NCBI GenBank assembly: GCA_030452305.1
Contig: JAKDMO010000001.1
Location: 1-45,669, forward strand
Reading direction: 5' to 3'
DNA: 45,669 bases
From: Alcaligenaceae bacterium
GTDB taxonomy: Bacteria; Pseudomonadota; Gammaproteobacteria; Burkholderiales; Burkholderiaceae_B
The notes under the pieces are model-generated. The model searched no databases and was not told the DNA's origin. It saw only the letters and a list, made by a program, of their open reading frames with translations. Position numbers and translations under genes: made by a program. Positions 9,969 to 19,453 of the stretch are shown here, in pieces (the stretch's first letter is position 1; every line of letters starts with the position of its first letter).

Positions 9969-11720
9969 CTAGCCGGACAGCGCGGCGAGGTCGATACGCT
10001 CAGCCCGATTCAGGGCCGAGGCGACCTTCACGCGCAAGGCGTTGGAATGGGCCTGACGGATCTGCTTTTTGACATCGAGCAATTGCTGCGGATGCATGGA
10101 AAAGCCGGTCAGGCCCAGGCCCAGCAGCATGCGGGTGACGCGGGCGTCGCCCGCCATCTCACCACATACCGACACGGGTTTGCCGGCGCGCTCGCCGACA
10201 TTGATGGTATGCGCAATCAGTCTGAGGACAGCCGGGTGCATGGGGTCGTATAGGTCGGCGACGTCTTTGTCGCCCCGATCGATCGCCAGCACATACTGGA
10301 TCAGGTCATTGGTTCCGATCGACAGAAAATCCAGCATCTCGGCAAAGGGTTCGATGGCGATTGCCATGGCAGGGATTTCGACCATGGCGCCCAGCTTGAT
10401 ATTGCGTGCGTAGGGCACGCCCCGGTCCTGCAACGCGATGCAGGCTCGTTCGATGGCGTCCTGCACGGCACGAACCTCGTGCATTTGCGAAACCATGGGG
10501 ATCAGAATTCGGATTTCCCCATGCAGCGAGGCACGCAGCAAGGCCCGGATCTGGGTATCGAAAATATCGGGATTTGCCAGGCAATAGCGGATCGCCCGCA
10601 AGCCCAGCGCCGGATTGGCCGCAACGGCTTCCTCGTCATCCAGTGTTTTGTCCGCCCCCAGGTCGAGTGTGCGAATCGTGACCGGTTTGTCGCCCATGGT
10701 GCGCACGACCGAGGCATAGGCCTCGTACTGCTCGTCCTCTGAAGGTAGGTCCGAGCGGCCCATGAACAGGAACTCACTGCGAAACAGGCCAATGCCCTCG
10801 GCGCCGGCAGCCAGTGCCGCCACAGCCTCCTCGGGCAGTTCGATGTTTGCTTCGAGGCATATCCGGATGCCATCCAAGGTGACGGCAGGGGCGTCGCGCA
10901 GCATGGCCAGTGCATCGCGCTCGCGGCGGTATGCCGCCTGCCGCTGCCTGTATTCAGCCAGCACAGGTTCAGACGGATTGACCAGCACCACGCCTTCCAG
11001 GCCATCGACGATCAGGAGATCGCCGTCGCGAACCAGTGCACGCACACGACCCATCCCAACCACGGCCGGCACGTTCATGCTGCGGGCCACAATTGCGGTA
11101 TGCGATGTCGGCCCACCCAGGTCGGTCAGGAAGGCTGCGAATTTGCCCCCACGCAAACGCATCATGTCAGCCGGTGAAATATCGCGGGCGACCACGATGA
11201 GGCTATCGGATGCGACCGCATCCAGGTTCGGCAGCCAAGCGGTAGACCCGGACAGCACACGCAAAACGCGCTCGATCACCTGGCGGATATCCGCCGCACG
11301 CTCGCGCAGGTATTCGTCCTCCATCATGGCGAATTGCTCTGCCAGCAATTGCCCCTGCGTCGTCAGTGCCCATTCGGCGTTGTACTGACGCTCGGTCACC
11401 ACCTGACAGACTTGCTGGATCAGTACCGGGTCGTCCAGCAGCATGACGTGGACATTCAAAAGCGCCGCAAGCTCGCGCGGTGCATCATCGGGCAGGCTGG
11501 CGGCCATGCTCTGCAGGTCTTTGCGTGCGGTGGCGACGGCATCGATCAAGCGGTGATGTTCGGCGGGCAGTTCCTCGGGGGCGACCCGATAATGCGCGAC
11601 CTCGAGCGAGGCGGCGCTCATGACAACCGCCGTGCCGATCGCATAGCCCTTTACTACCCCTTGCCCAGAGAGGCAAAGGGTCGAAGACAGCATTTGCACG
11701 TCGGATGATTCGAGTGTCAT
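9969..11720 (-). CDS. ptsI: PTS enzyme I (phosphoenolpyruvate--protein phosphotransferase)
   Basis: GGPTSHTAI phospho-His, GIGLFRSEFL, SIGTNDLIQY, VCGEMAGD; no N-terminal GAF domain, so not PtsP. Confidence 0.96.
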   Translation of the reverse strand: MTLESSDVQMLSSTLCLSGQGVVKGYAIGTAVVMSAASLEVAHYRVAPEELPAEHHRLIDAVATARKDLQSMAASLPDDAPRELAALLNVHVMLLDDPVLIQQVCQVVTERQYNAEWALTTQGQLLAEQFAMMEDEYLRERAADIRQVIERVLRVLSGSTAWLPNLDAVASDSLIVVARDISPADMMRLRGGKFAAFLTDLGGPTSHTAIVARSMNVPAVVGMGRVRALVRDGDLLIVDGLEGVVLVNPSEPVLAEYRQRQAAYRRERDALAMLRDAPAVTLDGIRICLEANIELPEEAVAALAAGAEGIGLFRSEFLFMGRSDLPSEDEQYEAYASVVRTMGDKPVTIRTLDLGADKTLDDEEAVAANPALGLRAIRYCLANPDIFDTQIRALLRASLHGEIRILIPMVSQMHEVRAVQDAIERACIALQDRGVPYARNIKLGAMVEIPAMAIAIEPFAEMLDFLSIGTNDLIQYVLAIDRGDKDVADLYDPMHPAVLRLIAHTINVGERAGKPVSVCGEMAGDARVTRMLLGLGLTGFSMHPQQLLDVKKQIRQAHSNALRVKVASALNRAERIDLAALSG

Positions 11721-11749
11721 GATTAAAATATACCCGTCAACGCCCCGCC

Positions 11750-12019
11750 CTACTCGCGTTCACCGAATTTTCCTTCGAACAGCATTCGGATGTCCTGCAG
11801 GGCCTGATCCTCGTCATCGCCTTGTGCATCGACCTTGACCGTCACACCCAGACCCGCCGCAAGCATCATGACGCCCATGATGCTCTTTGCGTTGACACGC
11901 TGCGCGCCTCGCGCGATGTAGATATCGCTTTTGTAGCGGCCCGCAAGCTGCGTGAGTTTGGCGGCCGCCCGCGCATGCAGGCCCAGTTTGTTCGAGATGA
12001 CCAGATCGATTGATGGCAT
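11750..12019 (-). CDS. ptsH: Phosphocarrier protein HPr
   Basis: From ATG 12019, GLHARAA places His exactly at position 15 and AKSIMG places Ser at position 46. Confidence 0.95.
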   Translation of the reverse strand: MPSIDLVISNKLGLHARAAAKLTQLAGRYKSDIYIARGAQRVNAKSIMGVMMLAAGLGVTVKVDAQGDDEDQALQDIRMLFEGKFGERE

Positions 12020-12052
12020 GGGCAATTTTTCCTGGAAAACCCGACGATGAAA

Positions 12053-12448
12053 TTAATCTGCGTTCACAATGCCCCGCAACGCGCCCAGGCGTACGCTTTC
12101 GGTCAGCGCCTCGGGGTTGTCCTGGCGCTCGGTCAGGGCCTTGAGAACCATGCAGGCATTGGTTCCCGTAATCAGATGACTAAGAATCCCATGCTCCGCA
12201 GCCAGGTGCAAGGCCTCGGTGGCGATATTGAAGGGTGTGGCGCCATACAGGTCGCACAGGATCAGGACCGGCTCGGTCGAGCCCCCGGCACGCATGGCCT
12301 CTAGCAGGCGCTCGGCCTCGGCCTCGGGCTTGGCATCCGGCCCGACATCAAAAACGATGAGATCGGGGGCCTTGCCCAGCACGTGTTCGGCACAGGCGGC
12401 AAAGGCCGCACCCAGAGGTTCGTGCATGACCAGAGCGATCCGGGTCAT
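12053..12448 (-). CDS. PTS EIIA component, mannose/fructose family (stand-alone)
   Basis: IALVMHEPLG phospho-His, LILCDLYGATPFN; lies between gshB and ptsH. Confidence 0.9.
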   Translation of the reverse strand: MTRIALVMHEPLGAAFAACAEHVLGKAPDLIVFDVGPDAKPEAEAERLLEAMRAGGSTEPVLILCDLYGATPFNIATEALHLAAEHGILSHLITGTNACMVLKALTERQDNPEALTESVRLGALRGIVNAD

Positions 12449-13401
12449 GAGGCCACCGCCTGGGTCAGGGCATCGACGAAACGCCCGGCGACATCAAAGC
12501 CGGTCTGCTCGGTGATCTCTACAAAGCAGGTCGGGCTGGTGACATTGATTTCGGTGACGAACTCGCCGATCACATCCAGCCCGATCAGCAGCACGCCGCG
12601 TTCGGCCAGTCGCGGGCCGATCGCCGCCGCAAGCGCCTTGTCGTGCTCGGTCAGCGGGCGCGCGACACCACGCCCGCCCGCCGCCAGATTGCCGCGTGTC
12701 TCGCCATGCATGGGGATGCGAGCCAGGGCATAGGGAACGGCCTCGCCCCCAATGATGAGGATGCGCTTGTCGCCATCGACAATTTCGGGAATGTAGCGCT
12801 GGGCCATGATGGTACGCGTACCCATTTCCGTCAGCGTTTCGAGGATCACACCCAGATTGGGTTCATGCGCCGCCAGACGGAACACCCCCGAGCCGCCCAT
12901 GCCATCCAGAGGCTTGACGATGACCTCGCCATGGGTGGCATGGAAGGCACGCAAGCGTGCCTGATCGCGCGTGACCAGAGTGGGCGCTGTGTATTCGGCG
13001 AATTCGGTAATGGCCAGCTTTTCGGGATGGTTACGGATGCCCAGGCCGGAATTGAATACCCTGGCACCCTGCGCCTGGGCGTAGTCGAACAGGTGGGTGG
13101 CGTAGACGTACTCCATGTCGAATGGAGGGTCCTTGCGCATCAGCACCGCATCGAAATCCGCCAGGCGCGCCTCGAATCGGGGGCGCTCATCCCACCAATC
13201 GTGGCCATGCCAATCGGCGCCATCGCGCAGGCGCACCGGCGTGGCCGCCACCTGAACGATCCCCTGATCGATGTACAGATCACCCATCAGGGCAATGCTG
13301 AATTCATGGCCCTGAGCAGCGAGACTGCGCATGATGGCCACGGACGAATCCTTATAGGCCTTCAGTGCGGGCAGCGGATCAATGACAAACAGTACGTGCA
13401 T
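12445..13401 (-). CDS. gshB: Glutathione synthetase
   Basis: MHVLFVIDP...KDSS, MRKDPPFDMEY, KPLDGMGG, ETRGNLAAGG, TEINVTSPTC. Confidence 0.97.
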   Translation of the reverse strand: MHVLFVIDPLPALKAYKDSSVAIMRSLAAQGHEFSIALMGDLYIDQGIVQVAATPVRLRDGADWHGHDWWDERPRFEARLADFDAVLMRKDPPFDMEYVYATHLFDYAQAQGARVFNSGLGIRNHPEKLAITEFAEYTAPTLVTRDQARLRAFHATHGEVIVKPLDGMGGSGVFRLAAHEPNLGVILETLTEMGTRTIMAQRYIPEIVDGDKRILIIGGEAVPYALARIPMHGETRGNLAAGGRGVARPLTEHDKALAAAIGPRLAERGVLLIGLDVIGEFVTEINVTSPTCFVEITEQTGFDVAGRFVDALTQAVAS

Positions 13402-13411
13402 CACGACAACC

Positions 13412-13438
13412 CAAAATGGCCCGCCAGCAACGCGGGCC
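13412..13438 (-). terminator. Terminator-like hairpin between infC and gshB
   Basis: Minus strand GGCCCGC-GTTGCTG-GCGGGCC-ATTTTG, directly after the infC stop. Confidence 0.5.
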
Positions 13439-13455
13439 GGCCCATCAAACATCCG

Positions 13456-14004
13456 TCAGGCGGCATCGCCCTGTTTTGAGGACACCGCCTTTTTTCGCGG
13501 CGCGAGAACCATAACCATCTGGCGCCCTTCGAGCTTGGGCATGGCCTCGACCTGACACAGGTCGCCCATATCATCGCGAACCCGCTCGAGCACACGCATT
13601 CCCAATTCCTGATGGGCCATTTCACGCCCGCGAAACCGCAGTGTGACCTTGGCCTTGTCGCCATCCTCGATGAAGCGTCGAAGATTTCGGAGCTTCACCT
13701 GGTAATCGCCCTCATCCGTCCCCGGTCGGAACTTGACTTCCTTGACCTGGATGATTTTTTGCTTGGCACGCGCTTCCTGCTGGCGCTTTTGTTCCTGGTA
13801 TTTGAACTTGCCGTAGTCCATCAATCTACAGACGGGCGGCGCCGCAGTGGGCGCGATCTCGACCAGATCGACTTCGTTTTGTTCGGCCAGGGCCAGAGCT
13901 TCGGCCACTGAGACGATACCAAGCTGATCGCCTTCCACGCCTATCAGGCGCACCTCGTGGACGCGAATTTCATGATTGGTGCGGTGTTTCTTTTCGGTTG
14001 CGAT
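13456..14004 (-). CDS. infC: Translation initiation factor IF-3 (non-AUG start, ATC)
   Basis: VDLVEIAP...[11 protein letters not shown]...[14 protein letters not shown]...FRGREMAH. The frame extends upstream to ATC GCA ACC GAA AAG at 14004, with AGGAG 8 nt before it. Confidence 0.95.
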   Translation of the reverse strand: MATEKKHRTNHEIRVHEVRLIGVEGDQLGIVSVAEALALAEQNEVDLVEIAPTAAPPVCRLMDYGKFKYQEQKRQQEARAKQKIIQVKEVKFRPGTDEGDYQVKLRNLRRFIEDGDKAKVTLRFRGREMAHQELGMRVLERVRDDMGDLCQVEAMPKLEGRQMVMVLAPRKKAVSSKQGDAA

Positions 14005-14006
14005 GT

Positions 14007-15989
14007 CTAGAGCTCCTGTAAAGTTGACTGGTCAGCCTGCGCGGGCACCTGATCGTCATGGTCGCCGTTGTCGCGTGTGTCGATATCCCGACGCACGCGC
14101 TCCGCGAAATCAGCCACCGGGATTGTCCCCAGATCCTGATTTCCGCGACCACGTACCGATACAGTACCCGATTCCCGCTCCTTGTCGCCAACGACCAGGA
14201 TATATGGAACCTTCTGCAAGCTGTGCTCACGGATTTTACGGGTGATTTTTTCCCCGCGCAAATCCGAAATCACCCTAAACCCCTGTTTTTTCAAGCCCTG
14301 CGCGACCTCGTCGGCGTAGCGTGCGGAACTGTCGGAAATACAGCACACCACAGCGTGCTGTGGGGACAGCCAAACGGGCAAGGCGCCGGCAAAGTTTTCG
14401 ATCAGCATCCCGATGAAACGCTCCATCGAACCCAGTATCGCGCGGTGCAGCATCACGGGCGGCCGCCGCTGGTCCTGGGCATCGACGTATTCGGCACCCA
14501 GCCGCTGAGGCATTGAGAAGTCCACCTGTATGGTGCCGCACTGCCAATGGCGGCCGATCGCATCGCGCAGGGTGTATTCGATCTTTGGGCCGTAGAATGC
14601 GCCCTCGCCTTCGGACACCTCGTATTCGCATTGCGATAGGTCCAAGCTGTCTTTCAGCGCCTGCTCGGCCTTATCCCAGACCTCGTCATCACCAATGCGT
14701 TTTTCCGGACGCGTGGCGACCTTGTACAAAATGTCGGTAAAGCCGAAGTCCGCGTAGACCTTTTGCAGCAGGCGCGTGAAGGCGGCGCATTCGGCCTGCA
14801 TCTGATCCTCGGTGCAAAAGATATGCCCGTCATCCTGGGTAAAGCCGCGCACCCGCATCATGCCGTGCAGCGACCCTGAGGGCTCGTTGCGGTGACACTG
14901 GCCGAACTCGCCGTAGCGCAGGGGCAGATCGCGGTACGAATGCAGCCCCGCATTGAAGATCTGAACATGGCCCGGGCAGTTCATGGGCTTGAGCCCATAG
15001 ACGCGGTTCTCGGACTCAGTGATGAACATGTTTTCTTTGTAATTGTCCCAATGGCCGGTTTTCTTCCAGAGGGACAGATCCAGGATCTGCGGTGCCTTGA
15101 CTTCCTGATAGCCGTTATCGACATACACGTTGCGCATGTATTGCTCGATCTGCTGCCAAACCGTCCAGCCTTTTGGGTGCCAGAAAATCAGGCCCGGCGC
15201 CTCATCCTGAAAATGAAACAGGTCGAGTTCGCGCCCAATACGGCGATGGTCGCGCCGCTCGGCCTCCTCGAGCATGTGCAGGTAGGACGCCTGGTCCTCC
15301 TTTCGGGCCCAGGCCGTGCCGTAAATACGCTGCAGCATTTCGTTATTGCTGTCGCCGCGCCAGTACGCGCCCGCTACCTTCATCAGCTTGAAGACCTTCA
15401 GCCGCCCCGTGGACGGCACGTGCGGACCGCGACACAAGTCAATGAAATCGCCTTCGCGATACAGGCTGATTTTTTGATCCGAAGGGATCGAGGCGATGAT
15501 CTCGGCCTTGTAGTGCTCGCCGATGCTATTGAAATATTTGACTGCCTCGTCGCGATCCCATTCCTCGCGCGTGACGACCTCGTCCTTTCGAGCGAGTTCG
15601 GCCATTTTCTTTTCGATGGCTGCGAGGTCCTCGGGGGTGAACGGGCGCTTGTACGAAAAGTCGTAATAAAAGCCGTTGTCGATCACCGGGCCGATCGTGA
15701 CCTGAGCATCCGGGAACAGCGCTTTCACGGCATACGCCAGCAAGTGCGCGGTGGAGTGCCGGATCAGATCCAGGCCGTCAGGGTCCTTATCGGTGACGAT
15801 GGCCAGTTCCGCGTCCTGATCGATGATGGCGTTCGTATCCAACAGTTTGGGGGCCTGCCCCCTCAGCGTGACGCGCCCCGCCAGCGCTGCGCGCGCCAGC
15901 CCAGATCCAATTGAAAGTGCAACATCGTGCACGGAAACTGGCTGATCGAACTCACGTTGTGAGCCGTCTGGCAAGCTGATACGAACCAT
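14007..15989 (-). CDS. thrS: Threonine--tRNA ligase
   Basis: [13 protein letters not shown] domain, [44 protein letters not shown]; CAGGA RBS before ATG 15989. Confidence 0.98.
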   Translation of the reverse strand: MVRISLPDGSQREFDQPVSVHDVALSIGSGLARAALAGRVTLRGQAPKLLDTNAIIDQDAELAIVTDKDPDGLDLIRHSTAHLLAYAVKALFPDAQVTIGPVIDNGFYYDFSYKRPFTPEDLAAIEKKMAELARKDEVVTREEWDRDEAVKYFNSIGEHYKAEIIASIPSDQKISLYREGDFIDLCRGPHVPSTGRLKVFKLMKVAGAYWRGDSNNEMLQRIYGTAWARKEDQASYLHMLEEAERRDHRRIGRELDLFHFQDEAPGLIFWHPKGWTVWQQIEQYMRNVYVDNGYQEVKAPQILDLSLWKKTGHWDNYKENMFITESENRVYGLKPMNCPGHVQIFNAGLHSYRDLPLRYGEFGQCHRNEPSGSLHGMMRVRGFTQDDGHIFCTEDQMQAECAAFTRLLQKVYADFGFTDILYKVATRPEKRIGDDEVWDKAEQALKDSLDLSQCEYEVSEGEGAFYGPKIEYTLRDAIGRHWQCGTIQVDFSMPQRLGAEYVDAQDQRRPPVMLHRAILGSMERFIGMLIENFAGALPVWLSPQHAVVCCISDSSARYADEVAQGLKKQGFRVISDLRGEKITRKIREHSLQKVPYILVVGDKERESGTVSVRGRGNQDLGTIPVADFAERVRRDIDTRDNGDHDDQVPAQADQSTLQEL

Positions 15990-16071
15990 TTGGTGTCCTG
16001 AAAATGCGAAACGCGGCCTGCGCCGCGTCTGGAAAACCTGAAACTGCCTTGCAGGGGGTGGATGTTGTTTT

Positions 16072-16080
16072 AGTGTAACA
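16072..16080 (-). promoter_or_regulatory. Candidate extended -10 promoter for thrS
   Basis: Minus strand TGT-TACACT about 80 nt upstream of the thrS ATG. Confidence 0.45.
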
Positions 16081-16177
16081 TCCGGCCCTGATAAATTCCC
16101 AGCCTGAGCCTCGAAAAAATCAATCCATGGGCACTGTGTGCCCCGCCTGTTGTGAAAATGCCCTATTCCGGGCGGCT

Positions 16178-16207
16178 TTGACAAGCCCTTATCCATCTGC
16201 CTATAAT
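16178..16207 (+). promoter_or_regulatory. Consensus sigma70 promoter of tRNA-Val
   Basis: TTGACA (16178-16183), 18-nt spacer, TATAAT (16202-16207), then a GC-rich discriminator GCTGCTC typical of stable-RNA promoters. Confidence 0.9.
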
Positions 16208-16220
16208 GCTGCTCTTCTTC

Positions 16221-16297
16221 AGGCGGTTAGCTCAGTTGGTTAGAGCGCTACGTTGACATCGTAGAGGTCGCTGGTTCGAACCCAGTACTGCCTACCA
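16221..16297 (+). tRNA. tRNA-Val (anticodon GAC)
   Basis: 77 nt cloverleaf: acceptor AGGCGGT/ACTGCCT, D arm GCTC..GAGC, anticodon arm CTACG-TTGACAT-CGTAG, GGTTCGAA T loop, encoded CCA. Confidence 0.97.
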
Positions 16298-16342
16298 GAA
16301 TATACATCGCCACAGACCTCGCATATGGTCGCGATGGCATCC

Positions 16343-16377
16343 AAAAACCCGCAAGGCGCAGCGCTTTGCGGGTTTTT
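16343..16377. terminator. Bidirectional rho-independent terminator between tRNA-Val and trpF
   Basis: AAAAACCCGCAAGGCGC-A-GCGCTTTGCGGGTTTTT, with A5 and T5 flanks, between convergent genes. Confidence 0.9.
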
Positions 16378-16410
16378 CGTTATATGCGTGTACGGCTGGG
16401 GCAGGCCCGA

Positions 16411-17085
16411 TCAGGTATCCCGATCAGCCAGATATACGGCCTGCATGAACGCGCGGATCTTTTCCTTGTTTTTCAGGCCCGGGGCGTCCTCGACACCGCT
16501 GCTGACATCAACGGCATACGGGTGCGCGGCTGCCAGCGAGGCACCGACGTTTTCGGGCGACAGCCCCCCCGCCAGCACCAGCGGGCGCGCTGTCGCGCCA
16601 TGCAGGCCCGACAGCAGGGATAGCTCAAAGGATGTGCCGCTGCCGCCATAGCCGCCGCTGTAGCTGTCAAAAAGCCAAGCACTGGCTGTGGCGTAGGCCG
16701 AGCAATGCTGTGCCAGCCCTTCGGGGGTATCCAGGCCGGGCGCCCCGACCCGAAAGCCCTTCATATAGCGCACGCCGAAACTTTCGCAAAATTCGGGCGA
16801 TTCCTCGCCGTGGAACTGCAGCAGATCAGGCTGCACCGCATCCAGCACCCGGCGAACTTCGGCCGGATCCGGATTGACGAACAGCGTCACGGCATCGACA
16901 AAGGCGGGCACAAGCGCCCGTAATTCGCGGGCATGCGCCAGATCGAGCATGCGCTTGCTGGGCGGATAGAACACCAGGCCGATGGCATCCACGCCAAGCT
17001 CGACCGCCGCGCGTACGTCGTCAGGTCGGGTCAGGCCGCATACCTTGACGCGGGTACGTACGGGCGCATCGGCAGGCGTGCTCAT
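16411..17085 (-). CDS. trpF: Phosphoribosylanthranilate isomerase
   Basis: RTRVKVCGLT, QFHGEESP, GGSGTSF, LAGGL, AVDVSSGVE; ATGA overlap with the dctM stop. Confidence 0.96.
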   Translation of the reverse strand: MSTPADAPVRTRVKVCGLTRPDDVRAAVELGVDAIGLVFYPPSKRMLDLAHARELRALVPAFVDAVTLFVNPDPAEVRRVLDAVQPDLLQFHGEESPEFCESFGVRYMKGFRVGAPGLDTPEGLAQHCSAYATASAWLFDSYSGGYGGSGTSFELSLLSGLHGATARPLVLAGGLSPENVGASLAAAHPYAVDVSSGVEDAPGLKNKEKIRAFMQAVYLADRDT

Positions 17086-18749
17086 TGGAATGCCGCCCCG
17101 GGGTCGTCCTCGCCATACAGGCCATCACCATAGGGATCGCTGGTGCCGAAGGTGACGGTGGACGGATCCAGCATGACGATGTCGTCCTTATAGTGCGTGA
17201 CCAGGCGAGGGAAACTGAGCACCATAACCACCATCAGGACCTGAATGACGATGAACGGCACAGAGCCCCAGTAGATCTGACCGGTGGTGACCTTGGGGAT
17301 GAGCTTGCCGGTGACCTTGTCGTGGTAGTCCTCCTTTGGCGCAACAGATCGCAGATAGAACAGCGCGAATCCGAATGGCGGGTGCACGAACGAGGTCTGC
17401 ATATTGACGGCCAGCAAGACCCCGAACCAGATCAGGTCGATGCCCATTTTTTCGGCAACCGGGCCGAGCAGCGGAATGATGATGAAGGCGAGCTCGAAGA
17501 AGTCGAGAAAGAACGCCAGGAAGAACGTCAGTACGCTGACGACGATCAGGAAGCCCAATTCGCCGCCCGGCACATGCAGCATCAATTGCTCTACCCAGAT
17601 GTCGCCGTTGATCCCGCGGAAGCTGAGGCTGAATATGGTGGAGCCGACCAGAATGAAGATCACAAAACACGACAGGCGGGCCGTACTTTCCATGGCCTGC
17701 TTGAGCTGTGTCATCGAGAACCTGCCACGGGATACCGCCATGATCAGAGAGCCCATCGCCCCCATGGCCCCGCCTTCGGTGGGCGTGGCCACGCCGATGA
17801 AGATCGTTCCCAGCACCAGAAAAATCAGGAACAGCGGCGGAATCATGACAAAGGTGACGCGCTCGGCAATCTGCGAGAGCAGGCCCAGACGCAGGCCCTT
17901 GTTGACCAGCGCAATGACCAGGGCAGTGATCCCCCAGATCATCAGGACGATGACGACGCGCTCGTCCATCGGAATATCCGTGTGCGAACGGAAGTAATAG
18001 CCCGAGCCGAAATAGGCTGCGGCCGCAGCGATCAGGGTGAGGACCCCCAGGGACTTCAGGCCCCGGCTGCCGTCCGGTTCAACATACACGCGTGCCTCGG
18101 GGGGCAGCGCCGGAACCATTTTCGGCCGAAAGAACGCCACCAGGACGACATACAGGACGTACAGGCCCGCGAGCAGCAAGCCGGGCAGCATGGCCCCACG
18201 ATACATATCGCCGATCGAACGGCCCAACTGGTCGGCCAGGATAATCAGCACCAGGGACGGCGGAATGATCTGCGACAAGGTACCCGAGGCGGCAATGACG
18301 CCCGAGGCCAGGCGGCGGTCATAGCCGTAGCGCAGCATGATGGGCAACGAAATCAGGCCCATGGAAATCACCGAGGCCGACACCACGCCGGTCGTGGCAG
18401 CCAGCAAGGCGCCCACAAAGACAACCGCGATGGCCAGGCCCCCACGCAGGGGGCCGAACAACTGGCCGACCGTATCCAGCAGATCCTCGGCCATCCCTGA
18501 TCGCTCGAGTATCAGGCCCATAAAGGTAAAGAATGGCACGGCCAACAGCGTGTCATTGCCAACGATGCCGAATATGCGTTGGGGCAGTGCCTGGAACAGC
18601 GCAGGCTGCATCAGATTCAGGTCAATGGCAACCAGGCCATACAACACGCCTGTGGCGGCCAGCGAGAATGCAACCGGAAAGCCCAGCAGCAGGATCACGA
18701 TCAGGTTGAAAAACATGATCGGAGCAAGGTTGTCGAGGAGAAATTCCAT
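17082..18749 (-). CDS. dctM: TRAP transporter large permease (DctM family)
   Basis: GFPVAFSL, LLAVPFFTFMG, ASGTLSQIIPPS, ATPTEGGAMG, FFLDFFE, HPPFGFALFYL; 555 aa. Confidence 0.93.
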   Translation of the reverse strand: MEFLLDNLAPIMFFNLIVILLLGFPVAFSLAATGVLYGLVAIDLNLMQPALFQALPQRIFGIVGNDTLLAVPFFTFMGLILERSGMAEDLLDTVGQLFGPLRGGLAIAVVFVGALLAATTGVVSASVISMGLISLPIMLRYGYDRRLASGVIAASGTLSQIIPPSLVLIILADQLGRSIGDMYRGAMLPGLLLAGLYVLYVVLVAFFRPKMVPALPPEARVYVEPDGSRGLKSLGVLTLIAAAAAYFGSGYYFRSHTDIPMDERVVIVLMIWGITALVIALVNKGLRLGLLSQIAERVTFVMIPPLFLIFLVLGTIFIGVATPTEGGAMGAMGSLIMAVSRGRFSMTQLKQAMESTARLSCFVIFILVGSTIFSLSFRGINGDIWVEQLMLHVPGGELGFLIVVSVLTFFLAFFLDFFELAFIIIPLLGPVAEKMGIDLIWFGVLLAVNMQTSFVHPPFGFALFYLRSVAPKEDYHDKVTGKLIPKVTTGQIYWGSVPFIVIQVLMVVMVLSFPRLVTHYKDDIVMLDPSTVTFGTSDPYGDGLYGEDDPGAAFQ

Positions 18750-18751
18750 GA

Positions 18752-19366
18752 TCAGTGATGTCCCGCCGGTTTCGCGTCATTTTCAGCATTGCGCTGGGCC
18801 AGGATGTCTTCGGCGAGGGCTTCCTCGGAGGACTTGCCGCTGGAAACCCGCATCGGATTGGGGCATTTCCCCATCAGAAAGCCGATGCTCTTGATCAGAT
18901 GCGAAATCCCCGCCAGGATAAGCAGGCCAAAACCCACCGGGATCAGGAGCTTGACCGGCCAGCGTATCAGGCCGTTTGTATTCGACGAGAGCTCGTGCAG
19001 CACGTAGGACTGGTAGAAAAACGGGATGGACAACCAGAACACCAGACAGCAAGCGGGCAGCAGAAAGAACACCACGCCAAAGATCTCGATCCAGATCTGG
19101 GTGCGCTCGGACAGGCGCTGGGACAGAACATCGACCCGCACGTGCTCGTTGCGCAGAAAGGTATAGCCGGCGGCCAGCAGGAAAATGGCACCAAACAGAT
19201 ACCACTGCAACTCGAGCCAGGCATTTGAGCTGACATTGAAGAGCTTGCGCACCACGGCGTTGGTTGCACTGACCACGGCGACGATAAGCACCAGCCAGGT
19301 GACGGTTTTGCCAACCCAGGTATTCACCCGGTCTATGACCCGGGAGATCTGTAGGAGTAGTTTCAT
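18752..19366 (-). CDS. dctQ: TRAP transporter small permease (DctQ family)
   Basis: Four TM helices; SNAWLELQWYLFGAIFLLAAGYTF...HVRVD, GLIRWPVK; ATG at 19366. Confidence 0.92.
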   Translation of the reverse strand: MKLLLQISRVIDRVNTWVGKTVTWLVLIVAVVSATNAVVRKLFNVSSNAWLELQWYLFGAIFLLAAGYTFLRNEHVRVDVLSQRLSERTQIWIEIFGVVFFLLPACCLVFWLSIPFFYQSYVLHELSSNTNGLIRWPVKLLIPVGFGLLILAGISHLIKSIGFLMGKCPNPMRVSSGKSSEEALAEDILAQRNAENDAKPAGHH

Positions 19367-19453
19367 CTTGTGCCCAGCAATACAGGCGGCGCTCGGGGAT
19401 CTTCCCGTGCGCGGCAAAAGTGTAGATTCTATACGAAACGTCCCAGAATTACT

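Noticed and set aside
16221-16410. tRNA-Val as an integration site or genomic island
   Set aside because: No integrase and no duplicated tRNA 3' end seen; a terminator and trpF follow directly.
17085-18500. 471-aa plus-strand ORF (also 22155..23156, 25210..26466 and 29570..31042)
   Set aside because: In-register antisense shadows of dctM, asd, leuC and selO.
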